Shown: positions 12,802 to 25,608 of the stretch, piece by piece
How the letters are laid out: the number at the start of each line of letters is the position of its first letter
Numbering within the stretch: the stretch's first letter is position 1
Source: Callorhinchus milii
Taxonomy: Eukaryota
DNA: 64,000 nt
Direction of reading: 5' to 3'
Assembly: GCF_018977255.1 (NCBI RefSeq)
Contig: NW_024704742.1
Coordinates: 73,658,001 to 73,722,000 of the forward strand
Made by a program: the position numbers and the translations under genes
The notes under the pieces: generated by a model
What the model saw: the letters and a program-made list of their open reading frames with translations, nothing else
Database searches by the model: none
What the model was told of the DNA's origin: nothing

Positions 12802-12849
12802 TCATAGCAGGTCCATTTTAGGCCTATAATGCAGCAGGAGGGGTGATTT
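12802..12849 (-). CDS. PCGF3: PCGF3 last coding exon (48 nt; KSPLLLHYRPKMDLL*)
   Basis: Polypyrimidine tract plus ttttgaag acceptor; PLLLHYRPK motif; TGA at 12804-12802; total CDS 729 nt. Confidence 0.96.
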   Translation of the reverse strand, partial: KSPLLLHYRPKMDLL

Positions 12850-15320
12850 CTTCAAAAAGAGAAAGAGGGAAAAAACAGCTTTGTAAATATACTACATTTT
12901 TTCAATATAATAGTAAACAAATCTGCTTTTTTAAAAGTACTTTATCCAATATGACAATACATTAATATAAAAACTCAGCAAATCTTCCTAGTCTGATGTT
13001 AACTTAATTGTGTCCATTAAGAGTCAGCTGGAGGTATTGGGGCAGACAAAGGCTACAACTGACCCCCACGTGACTTTAAGATGTTCATTAGGACACATGC
13101 ATGGGAAAAGGTAGGTTCACTTATATATTTTCTGCGAAGATGTCTGACAAGCCTGATGCATGGGAAGATGAATCCCTTCAATTAGTGGATAAAAGTCAGT
13201 GATATTGGCAAACCCACCACATTCATACATCCACACCTTTTGTGAATTTCAGAATGGCAACATAAGAAAACCTCTCTACAGTAGACCATGATTATATTTT
13301 TGTGAATAACCCTTTGCAGCCTGAAACATTCTGCAATGAGAATTACTGCAGTGTTAAAGAAATAGTTACATGGATCTGATTTCATTCCCTACCAAATGAA
13401 TTTAACTGAGATTTTAGCTTAATGTTATGTATTGTAAAATCTACGCAAGTGCATCTCTTTGCTGCATATTTTATAGTTCAGATGCATAGCAACAAGAGTT
13501 CGCCCAGTTACAACCTAGGAAATTATATGATATATATTAAAATGTGCTTTTTTAATATTAGGTGGCATAAGAGAAGATTTTAACCAGAAGCTACTGTAAC
13601 AATTAGACATGTCGCATCTACTTGAGACTGATTGTTGGGAGCATAGAAAATCCTGGAGAATTTGTACTGGAATGCCACTAAAGGGCAAGCTAGTGTTTTC
13701 CAGTTATGTAATGTAAGCTCCAAAAATCCTGATTCAACACGTGATGGTTAATTCTGCACGTGTAATGCTGAGAGCAGGAACACATTTGCAAGTGACAACA
13801 CAGGGAGAGATTGCCTTTAACTGCGAAGCAAAAAACAAACATGTTGGGTAAATACAAATTAAATTGTAAATCATAAGTCTTACACGGTCACTTTCAATCA
13901 TCAAATGTTACCCCTGAAAAATAGACTTTAGTGCCATTCCATGTTTCAATCAACACTGTGCCAATACAGTACTTTACTAACATGAAAGCCATGCCCAGAG
14001 GCCTGAGACTTTATACAGATATGACACCACTGTGATTTGCACTCCACCATAGTTATGCTCTTGGCTGTCTAGCTTCCTCTGAAATTGCACTGTCTGTGCA
14101 GTAGTTGATAGTTCATCCTCTGATTCTTTTTCCATCAGATCAGAGGTTCCCCAAGGCTCTTCTTTCTTCCGCCTTGTTAATTCACATCAATTACCTTCTC
14201 CACTCTTCATCCAACCCTATCTATTCTATTACTGACAATTCCATTCCACAATCTTCGACTTCCTTCAGCTCTGATGCTCACGGCCTATACAATGCCCTTC
14301 GCTCAGTGCAATGGAGGAATCATTAGATCTTCATCTGCCTTTTTACAGTAAGTGATGCTCTTAGTTCTTTCAAATCCTCAGAAAATCAATTGTTTCAAGT
14401 CTCTCACAAGTTATCCAACAACTACCACTTCATACCGTTGGTAGCTCCATTTTTAATATTTGTTATCTATCAGGATCCATATCAACAATCTGGTTTCTTA
14501 CACAGGACTGTCAGGATAAGAAACGATCATTGCAGTCCATCTTGCCCAGGCCCAAAGTAAAATAAATCAATGAATAATCCTACACAACTCCATCTCTGAT
14601 ACTCTTTAATCAATTTCACCCTAAATAGATGTCTAATTTCTCAAATTGTCTAATACAATCTGCCTCCCTGGCTATTCGATTTCACATATTTACTATTCAG
14701 TGTCAAGTAAAAAAAAAAGTCTCTTTTCCTTCCTTCTTCTGAATTTGATACTCCCTTATTATTTTTTTAACCATACTAAACATGTTGTTAGGGTTCTATT
14801 ATTGCCTTTTGAAATCATGAATACTTCAATCTCCTCTGTACCAGCATTCCCAGCTTCCATAACCTCTCAACTCCTAATTTCCTCATTTTATTTATCAATG
14901 TAACTGCACCTTTTCTGGTGTAATAGATGCAATTTGGCAAACAGAATTATATGCAGAACTCCAGGCAGTTTGTCTTTGGCTCTGGTAACACCTCTCCTGG
15001 GCACATTCTCTGCATTTTTAATCTGTAAGTGGACATTATTTCAATGGTTATTGAAATTGCCATCTCCCTTTAAGCAGTCACAAGAAAATAAGTACTGTAA
15101 TGTTTTCATAAATCACTTTAAGTGGACCCCAGCTATTCTGATGAATGAGAGGAGGAAGTATATGATCTTTCAGGGTGGAATATATTTGTTCCACTTCTTA
15201 ACATACATGATCAATTTAAAACTAGGATTATTAAGACCTGAAGCTAGGATCCTTAGCCCTTATATCCTATAATGCAAGGTAATTCTTTATTTTATCAGCA
15301 CTAAAAATGCAATTTCTTCA

Positions 15321-15551
<231 letters not shown>

Positions 15552-16676
15552 CTACAGAAATATAAAGACAGAAACAATCACTACTGGGTGACTGGATTGC
15601 AAAATATCAATTTCCTTTCATTGTTAGTCCACATCTAAAACCGCTGTTGTAGGGGGCAGGTAGTCATAATTCTTTATCTTATCTATCTATGAACCTGCAT
15701 TTACAAATCCTTTACATGGAGCGCAAGTGTTTTTACATAGTTTACACAACTTGCATAATAGACCCAATCAATGTGGAGTAGTTAAAACACATTTGACGAG
15801 AGTCTTTTGTTCTTTTGTTTTGAAAAACACTACTAAATCAACAAAGTAACTGCAATGATTCCCAGAGCAAGAAATTCACAATCTTACACTTGCATTTCCA
15901 TTAGCCAGACACACTCATGCAAGCAACTATCTACGAGGTAATTTTACCATGTACGTTAAATCAAATACATCAAAATCCTTAGACCACTCAGATACTAAAA
16001 TCAACATATTGTACCCAGAAAAATGTTGCAATATTACAAAATGTTAGATAAATGGACAGAAATAATCTATGATATTTTATACTGTTTGCTCACTATCCAA
16101 TATAAGGGCTCATCCTGAGTCTACTGTTTCAAATCTGCTGAATGGTTGTGCCCTAAATAGTAGCTTTTTTATCAGATCTAAGGACTGAGTTTCATACTCA
16201 GTTATATTATTTACGCATACTACAATTTGTATACGTGCAGTTAATTCTTGCTTTAAAAAAAATTGAGACATTCTACATAGTCTAGATTGTTTACTCACAC
16301 AAATATACATTGCTTATAGATTATAAACTGTTCACTTTAAAAAAGAGAAGAAAATGAAAGCGACACCATGCCAAAGATTGATCCTGATTTTCTATCAAGA
16401 TAAAGCAGATAAAAAATGAAAATAATATAAGGGAAACAGCAGGAGCTGAAAAGCTCATAAGCAATGAGAGAGAAGTAGAGTTTAATGGGGTCAAATATCC
16501 TGAGGATGCTGGGAACATACAGCTAATGATGTTCCTGGCTATGTATCTCATAGAAATATATACATTCCAGTTGAAGGAAAGAAAAGGATAGGCACATAAA
16601 CCAAAATCTGTGTTCACTTCTTTACACTTGTTCTTTTATGAATTGTAGTTATTTATCATTTCAATGAAATAAGTAC

Positions 16677-16814
16677 CTCATTAAATGATGATAGGTTGAG
16701 TTTTTTGGCAATAAATTTCTTCAGGTGCAGAACTGTAGCCTGAGCTGAACAGCGAATCCACTTCCTCTTCAAGCCACGGAGCTTACTGCTATTGCATTCC
16801 AAACAGATGCTTAC
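16677..16814 (-). CDS. PCGF3: PCGF3 coding exon 6 (138 nt; VSICLECNSSKLRGLKRKWIRCSAQATVLHLKKFIAKKLNLSSFNE), RAWUL domain
   Basis: Lies within ORF 16656..16841; ttttccctgaag acceptor, GTACTT donor; phase 0 at both ends. Confidence 0.97.
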
Positions 16815-17239
16815 CTTCAGGGAAAAGCAAACGAATGACACTGTATTTAAGAAATGTCTCTGCTAGCCACTACATATTGCAGACTATTCACTTACCCAAA
16901 CTGAAAAATATATCTCCATATCTTGTGGTCAAAGATTTACAAGTTGTTAGTATTGTAATACTGTAACTTATCTAGCTTCATTCACGATTATTACTCCATT
17001 ATGTTCATATTGTTCAAGTCAATGGATGTTAACTTAGTTTTATTTTCACGTGAGAGAAGCTACCATTTGATGGATAGTTGAGATGGAATAGAAATCATTC
17101 CTTTTGATCCATATTCATGACGTGATTAATCCTGAGCCTCTTTTGGGGCTATATTTGCTTCACACCATTGTCCCCCTAATTTCCACATTTATCCTGCCAA
17201 AGGCACTTAAATGTTACATAAAGGCACATAAACACAGAA

Positions 17240-17330
17240 GTCACTGGGAACACGCAGTGGGTCAGGCAGCATTCATGGAGAGAGGAAAATGAGTTAACGT
17301 TTCAGGTCTGTGACCTTTCGGCAGAACTGG
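17240..17330 (-). mobile_element. Penelope-type terminal repeat fragment with a degenerate minimal hammerhead motif
   Basis: Minus strand AGTT-CTGCCGA-A-AGGTC-ACA-GACCT-GAAA-CGTT-AACT followed by atgctgcctgaccc; homologous to 18098-18235. Confidence 0.65.
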
Positions 17331-17587
17331 TTTACTCAATTAATTTGACTATTCATCTGATTGTTGTTTGTGAGGCATTGCTGTCACAAATTGGCTGCTA
17401 ATTTCCCTACATAATATTTTCTACTAAATCCAAGCTTGTTATTTATCTCCAGCACATCCTCCTCTTTTAGTTGAGCCATTCAGGGCCAGTCTGCTTTGTA
17501 ATTCAGGTGAACATTAAGAACATGCCTCCTCTCCCTATCTAGCACCTCCACCATTTCCCCTTGTTATACAGGCTTATGCCAGAGTAG

Positions 17588-17990
17588 CCTGGCTCTGTTA
17601 GTAGCACGCTTAGCCTCACATGGGTTCAAGCCCTATTTGGGGATTTTGAACTCACAGTCTTGGCTGACACTCCAGTGCAGTGTTGGTGGAGCACTGCATT
17701 GTTGGAGGTGCTGTCTTTGGGATGAAGTGTTACACCAAGGTCCCATCTGTCTGTTCTGGTGGATATTAAAGACCCCATTGCATTGTTCAAAAAAAGAATG
17801 GAGTTATCCTGGCCAACAATCCCACAAATAAAAAATTGGTGATTCATTTCATGGCTGTTTGTGGCAGACTGCTGTGCAAATTGGCTGCCACGTTCACCTA
17901 CAAAATACAGTCACTACACTTTACAGTAAAATCCTTTAATGCACTTTGTGACATATCAACGACATAACAAATGCAATGATTATTATTATT
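17588..17990 (+). mobile_element. SINE family A, near full length
   Basis: Box A/B head, ctgacactccagtgcag body, Deu-type domain, (ATT)n tail. Confidence 0.88.
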
Positions 17991-18097
17991 ATATTCCCTC
18001 CTCATCTAAATTCATCCAAAATGCAAATGAATTGTTTTTTGGAAGATGTTGTTCGGGCAAATTACCTGTCACTTTGCTCAACACCATACATTCAGTG

Positions 18098-18235
18098 GAG
18101 TTCTGACAAAGGGTTGTGGACCCAAAACGTTGACTCACTTTCTTTTCTCCACAGATGCTGCCTGACCCGCTGAGTGTTGCAAGAGACTTCTGTTTTTGCT
18201 TCAGATTTCCAGCATCTGCAGTATTTTGCGTTTTG
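18098..18235 (+). mobile_element. Penelope-type terminal repeat fragment with a degenerate minimal hammerhead motif
   Basis: AGTT-CTGACAA-A-GGGTT-GTG-GACCC-AAAA-CGTT-GACT ... ccacagatgctgcctgacccgctgag ... gatttccagcatctgcagt. Confidence 0.7.
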
Positions 18236-18700
18236 ACGATACATTCAATTTCTAATTCATCTCAGTCTGTGTGGTAACACTTTTCTTTTGCATTTGAACG
18301 ATATATAAACAAACTGTTTTTTATATCCAGTTTCTACAACAGAGTGGAATAGATTTGAGGGCAGGAAAAGTCAGTTTGTTCTCTACTTAACTGGATCTGC
18401 TACAGAAACATCAAACTCTGACATAATGCTTCATGCACCAGCATCACATTGCATCTGGGTAATCAGAATAGCTAAAGAACCTTGCCGGCATTTGGACAGG
18501 TGCTTGAAAACAGCTTGCAGCCCTTACTGCTCCTGGTCTGGCCTCCTCTTGCTGGGCAGTGGTAGCCCTCCAGTAGCTCACCCAAATGGCCATCATTATA
18601 GCATGAGCCTTGGCAGAAAGCATTGGCAGGCTCCTTATGCATAGAGGGCATCACAGCAAATCTGATCTCTTTCCATCCAGCTTCCATACACAAGTGCACA

Positions 18701-20305
18701 ATCATAAAACCATAGAAATTTAGCGCACAGAAGGTGGTACATTGTGTCCGTGCCAGCTTCCTCAAAGCAATCCTTTCAGTCCCATTTACGTGCCCTTTCA
18801 CTATTCATCTGTAGCTGACCATTTTTAATGTACTTGTCTAGTTCCTTTTTGAAGGCCAATATGGATTATGCCTCAACTACAGCTCCCTGTAGAGCATTCC
18901 ATATCCTAACTATAACAACGACAACAAAATTACATTTATAGAGCGCCTTTCATGTCAGGAGGACCTTCCAAAGCGCTGAACAGTCAGGTATCGGGGCCTG
19001 AGCATGAGGGAGGGGGGTGTAGGGTTGAGGGAAGGTGGAGAGATGGGAGGGCGACCAAAGGCATGGACGAAGAGAAGGGTCTTGAGACCGGCCTTGAAGG
19101 AGGCAAGGGAGGACGCGAGGCGAAGGGACCGTGGGATGGAGTTCCAGAGTGTGGGAGCAGAGAGGCTGAAAGCCCGGCCACCAATGGTAGGGCGGAAGAC
19201 ATGGAGCAGGCTGGAGCCCGATAAACGGAGGGAGCGGGCAGGTTGGTAGGGAGTCAGCAGGTCAGAGAGGTAGGAGGGGCAAGGTCATAGATGGCCTTAA
19301 AGGTGAGGATGAGGATCTTGAACTCGATTCTCTGGGGGATGGGGAGCCAGTGGAGTCGGGCGAGGGTGGGAGTGATGGGGTCACAGAGCCTGGTGCGTCA
19401 GAGTACATGAGCTGCAGAGTTTTGGATGATCTGCAACTACTGGGTATGAAAAAAAATTCTCCTAACCTCCCCAGTTGCTCATTTACAATCTATATTAAAT
19501 TGGTGCCCTCTAGTTACTGACTCACCGACCAGTAGAAATAATTACCCCAATTGACTATCAAAACACCTCGTAATTTTAAAGACCACGATCAGGTGTCCCA
19601 TCAACATTTTTTTTCCGGCAAAAAATGTCCCAGTTCCTCCAGTCTCCACTCATAGGCCAAGCTCTCGTCCCCAGCATCATCTGAGTAAATCTCCTCTGTA
19701 CCCCTACTATTGCCGTCACCTCTCTCCTGAAGTGGGGTGACCAAAACTGGACATAATATTTTAACTACAGTCTAACAAACAATTTGTATAAGTTTAGTAT
19801 TATCTCTTTGCTAATAATCTCCACCCTATTTATAAAACCTAAGATTCCATTTAGCTTTTTGACAGCTTTGTCCAACTGATGTCCGACCTTTAAAGAATTT
19901 TGTACATTAAACCCCCAGGCCCTCTGCTATTCCACTACTTTTTATATTTTAGCACCCAAAATATACTTGTTCTTATTCTTCCTAAAATGCATTCCCTCAT
20001 ATTCGTCGCATTCAATTTCATTTGCCATTTCCCTGTCCAGTCAACTAATCTATGTTCCCGCGAAGTTGCTTACAATCTTCTTCACTGTTAGCTACAATCC
20101 CTACATTTTTGTCATCTGTAAACTTAGAAATTGTGCCCCGAATACCAGAATCATGGAGGAAAGCAGTAGTCCTATCAATGGTACCTGGGGACACCACTAT
20201 TTATCTCTACATTGCAAATAACAACCCTGTACTCCAACCCTCCAATTCCTATCTTTTTTACTAACTTTCTATCCATGCAGTTACCTTTCCACTAATGCCA
20301 TGTGC
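18701..20305 (-). mobile_element. CR1 LINE 3' portion (decayed RT and tail), interrupted by an L2
   Basis: catagaaattt tail; gaccaaaactggacataata (YxVQFWSP); tcatctgtaaac (F.DD) motifs. Confidence 0.8.
18913..19434 (-). mobile_element. L2 LINE 3' end, 5'-truncated, nested in the CR1
   Basis: (TTG)n tail, LHWLP and LQxIQNSAA coding remnants; possible 5-bp TSD AACTA at 18908-18912 and 19435-19439. Confidence 0.88.
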
Positions 20306-20319
20306 CTTCTGACACTATG

Positions 20320-20560
20320 ACCCCACCCTCTGGAACACTATCCTGCAGTGCCTCCATCTCGTCCCCTCTCTTGCCTCTTTCAAGACCTGTCTCAAGACCC
20401 TCCTCTTTGACCGAGCCTTCGATCACCTTCCTCCCCCCCCCCCCCGCCCTCCACCCTCCCTGATCCCGGGTCCCAGATCGTATCCAAAACACTGATTGTC
20501 CAGCACCCTGGGACGTCCTCCCAACGTGAAAGGCACTATACAAATGTAATTTTGTTGTTT
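20320..20560 (+). mobile_element. L2 LINE 3' end
   Basis: ctctggaac...ttcaagacctgtctcaagaccctcctctttgac...aaatgtaattttgttgtt. Confidence 0.85.
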
Positions 20561-20698
20561 TATAGAGCACTGCAGATACCAGGAGCAGGGACCCTAGCTG
20601 GGTTTCCCCTCCATGTACCTGGGAAAGCTGGGGCCAATTTAGCTTCCCGACAGCTCTGGCTAAGACCAGCAAATTCAGCACAGATAAATGACATTTAT

Positions 20699-21002
20699 AT
20701 AATAATACATGCATTCGATATAGCGCTTTGCACATCTTCTAGACGTTCAAAGCACTTCACAGAATATACTGTAAAATGAACTGACTGTTTATTTGTGGGC
20801 AAAACATGGCAGCCAATTGCCAACAGCAGTGTCCCACAAACAATCGTGGATTCAAGTGACCAATTTATTATTGCTTTTTTTTCTTGAGGGATTATTATCA
20901 GGCGTGTGAAGTAAGGAAACTTGCCCAAGGTTTTGCCCTGCTGGGAATCGAACCCAGGTCTCTCGCTTGAGAGGCGAATGCTCTAACCACTGAGCTACAG
21001 GA
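20699..21002 (-). mobile_element. SINE family B, short form
   Basis: Highly similar to the copies at 26762, 32117 and 62811. Confidence 0.9.
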
Positions 21003-21304
21003 TTTGTCATGAGGAGATGACTTTGCAGAGCTTTGACATGGCCTGAGCACTGATGAACTTCGGATTACACAGTACCTGGGCATCTCTATGTACTCATTGG
21101 TGCTATGTTGCCCCTGGTTAAGCCAAGGTAACGGGTCTTGCAGAATGCCATTTTTAATAAATCATACAGGCCATTTTCAATTTTCCTTGGACATCTTTAG
21201 TTCACACTTTCTGACCAGTAAATACTTTTTTCTCATTATTTTAACTTCACATTTCTTTGAGCCTGCTTATTTACCGAGAAAACGTGCTCCGCTGTCTTAT
21301 TTCA

Positions 21305-21535
21305 TAGCATTCTCATCTCTGAGTCAGAAGGCTGTGTGTTCAAGCCCCATGTCAGGAATTTGAGCTCAGAGTCTCGGTTGACACTCCAATGCAGTGCTGG
21401 GGGAGTACTGAAATCGCAGAGGTGCAGTCCTTCAGATGAGAAGTTAAACCAAGGTTTTGTCTGACTGTTCAGGGGGGCATTAAAGAACCTAAGGAAGTTT
21501 CTCCTGGTTTCCTGGCTGACAATTCCCCAAATAGA
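21305..21535 (+). mobile_element. SINE family A, 5' portion
   Basis: tagcattctcatctctgagtcagaagg..gttcaagcc head and body. Confidence 0.8.
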
Positions 21536-22376
21536 ATAACCAAATAACATTGTCTTTGTGACCGACGCAATTTTGTTATGTTTGAGAATTTATTCCAAAT
21601 CAAAAGAAAGGGGCACCGTATTTTCATTTCACTTCATGCCCACACTTGAAAAGGCAATAATAAAATCAAGTAAAGTTCTTAACAAATTGCAGCTGCTTCC
21701 AGTAGTTTCAGAATATCAACAAATAAATGGCATGTGACGCAGCTCAGAAAGCTTTGAACTCTTACTGAGTCTTTCTTTCATATATCATCAACAATTTCTT
21801 CATACAACTTCCAGTTACTGAAAAGCAGTAACTGGAAGAATCCTAATTCTTTATGGATTTGTCCATCAGTTACTGGATCAAAATAGCATTACAGGATCAT
21901 TACAGAGCTCCACAACTTCCAGGTCAGCTTGGGTGTTCTGTTGGCCCCTCATTATCATTGGTCTACAGATCTGAGGAGGACAGCAATTTTTTTGGTTCTT
22001 TTCCATTCAATTATTCATTCACTGTACATTTCTAAATGTACAGAAACCTCAACAACTGAATTTAAATCTTTTATATTTCCAACACTTCAAGCAGATACTT
22101 TTCATGCATACACAATCTTGCAGCAAGAGCAATTTTGGAAAAGGTCACTGATGAGAAACATCAGTCTGATTTAGACCAACTCTCAGTAACATTTGAGTTG
22201 GATTACTCCCATTTTTCATTGATGGATTCTTACATCTGACATATCTCTGGGTTTGCAAACATTCAGAGGTTGTAACCTTTCCACCGAATAGCGGTATGGT
22301 TGCATACTTTGAGGTGACCAATGGGCGAAGGGAATTGGTACATGGTTAATCTAAATAAGAAACTGTGCTTCAATCG

Positions 22377-22403
22377 CTCTCTCTCTGTCTCTCTCTCTCT
22401 CTC
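22377..22403 (+). repeat. (CT)n microsatellite
   Basis: Imperfect CT run read directly. Confidence 0.85.
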
Positions 22404-24354
22404 GTTTATTGCTGCAACCAGGAATTTTTAGAATATGAAATCCACTGTAATAGAACCCTTTCCCGCTATATGTCCTGTGAAGATCTGTCAACAGTGGTGG
22501 ATTTTGAATGGGTTGAGGGAGGAAATACAGTAGGGGAGAACACAACACTCATTAATTTTTGACACTCAGCTATGCTCGGTCCGGATTTATAACACCTTTT
22601 GGTGCACATTTAATTAGTACAGAACACATAGTTTCTGGTCCCAGATGAATTAATTATCCACTCATTCTAAATACCTTTTTTTAATGTTCTCAAGTTCTAA
22701 GGCAATCAGACATTTTCTGGAGTATAGAACAAGTCAACTACGTAACCAACCTTCTGGATTTATTTTCTTGTGACACTGTTTTGGATGAGAAAAGATGAAT
22801 AAATATGATCTTTTACCCCATTATTAAACTATTGTTATTAAACTATCACAAACATTTTAATAGATGTTGAGTTTAAATTATCGTTTTATAAGAAATGTTA
22901 TGTACCAAGTCTTCCAGTGCACCAAAAACATCACATATAGTCTATTAATTATCAATAAGATTAGAATTATATCAAGAAGAATTATACATTTTACACATTG
23001 ATAGAAATCATACTTTTTAAAAGAATAACTCTGATGAAAAATCTGAGAAACTGAAGGTTGGTCCATCACTACTGGAGAATGGAAGCCTGTATTGCCAAAA
23101 GCAGCTAGGCTTGGATGAGGCAATGCAAAAATGCATCTTCTCAATAGTGTTGATTGGATTTGACTAAATTATTTTATTGGCCTTTCATTTCCACTTTGCA
23201 CAAGCAGACTGTAATTTTTCTGCAATCATTTCAGAAAATATAAAGAAAACAGCATGATCAAAGTTATCATTTAACTTTATACTGCTGGCAAATAATTGAT
23301 GTTGGATACTAATAATTCTTGGACTTGGTGGTATGTCTTTCACTTTCGGAGGACATCTCAGTGTTTCATAGGATTTCCTGTAAAGCAAATTCTGTATTTT
23401 GTAGGGGAACAAAGCAACCAATTTGTGCACAGAAATGTCCCCAAAACAGTCATGAAACAAATGGCCAATTCATCTATTCTCTTCTCGAATAGTGCTTTTA
23501 ATATTCAGCTGAAGAGGCAGGTGGACTCTTGGTTTAATGTTCTAACTGAAGGATGGCACTTCCACCAATGCAGGTAACCCACAGCTGAGGTTACCCATCA
23601 ATATCCCCTAAAGATGATTTAAGCCAGAATACACATAGAGATGGAAAGTAACAAATAAACTCAATAAAACCATTGAGAATAGAATGGAATAAAAGGCATT
23701 AACCCAGTCATAAGGCCGAATTCTAAGCCGTATGCAATTGTTAGGTTTTCAAATGAGAATATAAATAATAAATTGTTTCCAAGTGTACAAGTGCATAATC
23801 CAAATTAATTCTAGCATGATTAAATTATTTCGCTCTAAAATTTAGTTTTAGAATATTAATGTAATTTAGATCCTAATGATTTGCCTTTCAGCAATTTTGG
23901 ATCCTGCACCCTCTCCTCCATGAAAGGTACTGTATAAGTGCAAGTTATTGTTCCCTTTCTTTTTTTCCAGTATTTTCTACAACTTTTATTAACTGTAAAA
24001 ATAGCACAAGATTCAAACAAAGGTATTAAAAAGGAAGCAAATCAATTATAATATATCATATACAATTAATATTCAGAAATACTGCCAGATTCAGTCAGGA
24101 TTATGATGTAAAGACAGTTCAATTCTTTCGAAATATGATTCACATAAATTTCTACCCAGAATGCTGGAAAGTCCACTGGAATATCAAAAATATCCTTCAT
24201 TGCACATCATATTCTTTTCTAGCATATGACAATTTGAAGTACAAATTAATAGACACAAATAAAAAGAGAGACTGATTAGGGTAGTGAGAAATAATGAATT
24301 CATTTCAAATTAAGTCAAGCATGAATTGTAGACACTCATCTACAAAATATATAT

Positions 24355-24770
24355 AACATAGACATAGAAACAAGAGTATGCTATTCAGCCCCTCTAGCCT
24401 GTTCCGCCATTTTATGGCTGATCTATACCTCAACTCCAATTACCCGTCCTTGCCCAATGACTCTTAATACCCTGACTACCAAATATTTATCTACTTCCAT
24501 CTTGAAAATGTGAATGGATCCAGCATCATTAGCCTTTTGGGGGAGAGAATTCCAAATTTTCTTTGCTTTTTGGGTGAAAAACTACCTCCTAATTTCATTC
24601 CTAGATGGCTTAGCTCTAATTTTAATAGTATGCGCCCTTGTTCTGGATTCCCCAACCTGATGAAATAGTTTATCTGTATCTAACCTATCAAATCCCTCCA
24701 TTATTTTAAAACCTCAATAGATCGCCCTTCAACCTTCTGGAGTCAAGAGAATAAAGACCAAGTTTATGCA
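24355..24770 (-). mobile_element. CR1 LINE 3' fragment
   Basis: aacatagacatagaaacaagag..attcagcccctctagcctgttccgccatt tail; atgcgcccttgttctgga (SRTR.H). Confidence 0.8.
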
Positions 24771-25608
24771 GTACAGTCACTACACTTTATAGATGTCCTC
24801 CAAACATGAAAAGAGCTATATCAAATGTAAGGATTATTAGATTATTATTGAAAAGGACGAACTTGCCCAATCATGTTGAAACAGCTCAAAGGGCATTATA
24901 TTAATTTGTGTTAAGTAATTACTAGACAGTGACTGTGTACTTATAGACAAACATAACAGCCATTTTGCAAGCAACAAGATGCCATAAGCAACTAAGGGAT
25001 GAATCACCAATTTACCTGGATGATTATGTTAGGATTGGAACAATATCTTTATTTGACATAAATCTATGGACTGATTTGAAGTTAGCACTGACTCAGCAAG
25101 AAGGGTCTTCAAATTTAGGGGTACTGCTGATCTGAGAGAAAATAAAATACACACACTGCTTCTTTGTATCATTGCACTACAAAACAAACATTTTTTAATT
25201 TCAATTTACAATAAAAAATTAGTCAACACCTTAATATTAGATGGATGTCCATGTGCTATGATCAGAGGTATTGCACACATATTGTTAATCAGTTGGGTAT
25301 ACAAATGTTCATTATGCGCCAATATCTCAACCAACTTTAAAGCCAACAAAGCGCAATGAGCAACAATATTTCTACAAAACACTGCCTTATGATGTGATGA
25401 ACTCATATTTGCCTGCTTAGATTGATTGTAGTGTCCATTTCCAGCTTGCAGGTGTTCCTGAAGGAATACACACCAGGTTTTAGAATCATTAAATGTTCCT
25501 GCACATAAACAGGTATTTTGGTCGCTCAATTCTATACTGGAATTTTTCTTCCTCACTGTTGCTCATAACAGCCACCTTGTCTAATCGCATACTCCTTTCG
25601 CTCCTCAT

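Noticed and set aside
18472..18700. CMEAGWK.. peptide resembling the C-terminus of restriction-like-endonuclease LINEs
   Set aside because: Only a few residues match and the expected EVGxRG motif is absent; too weak to call.
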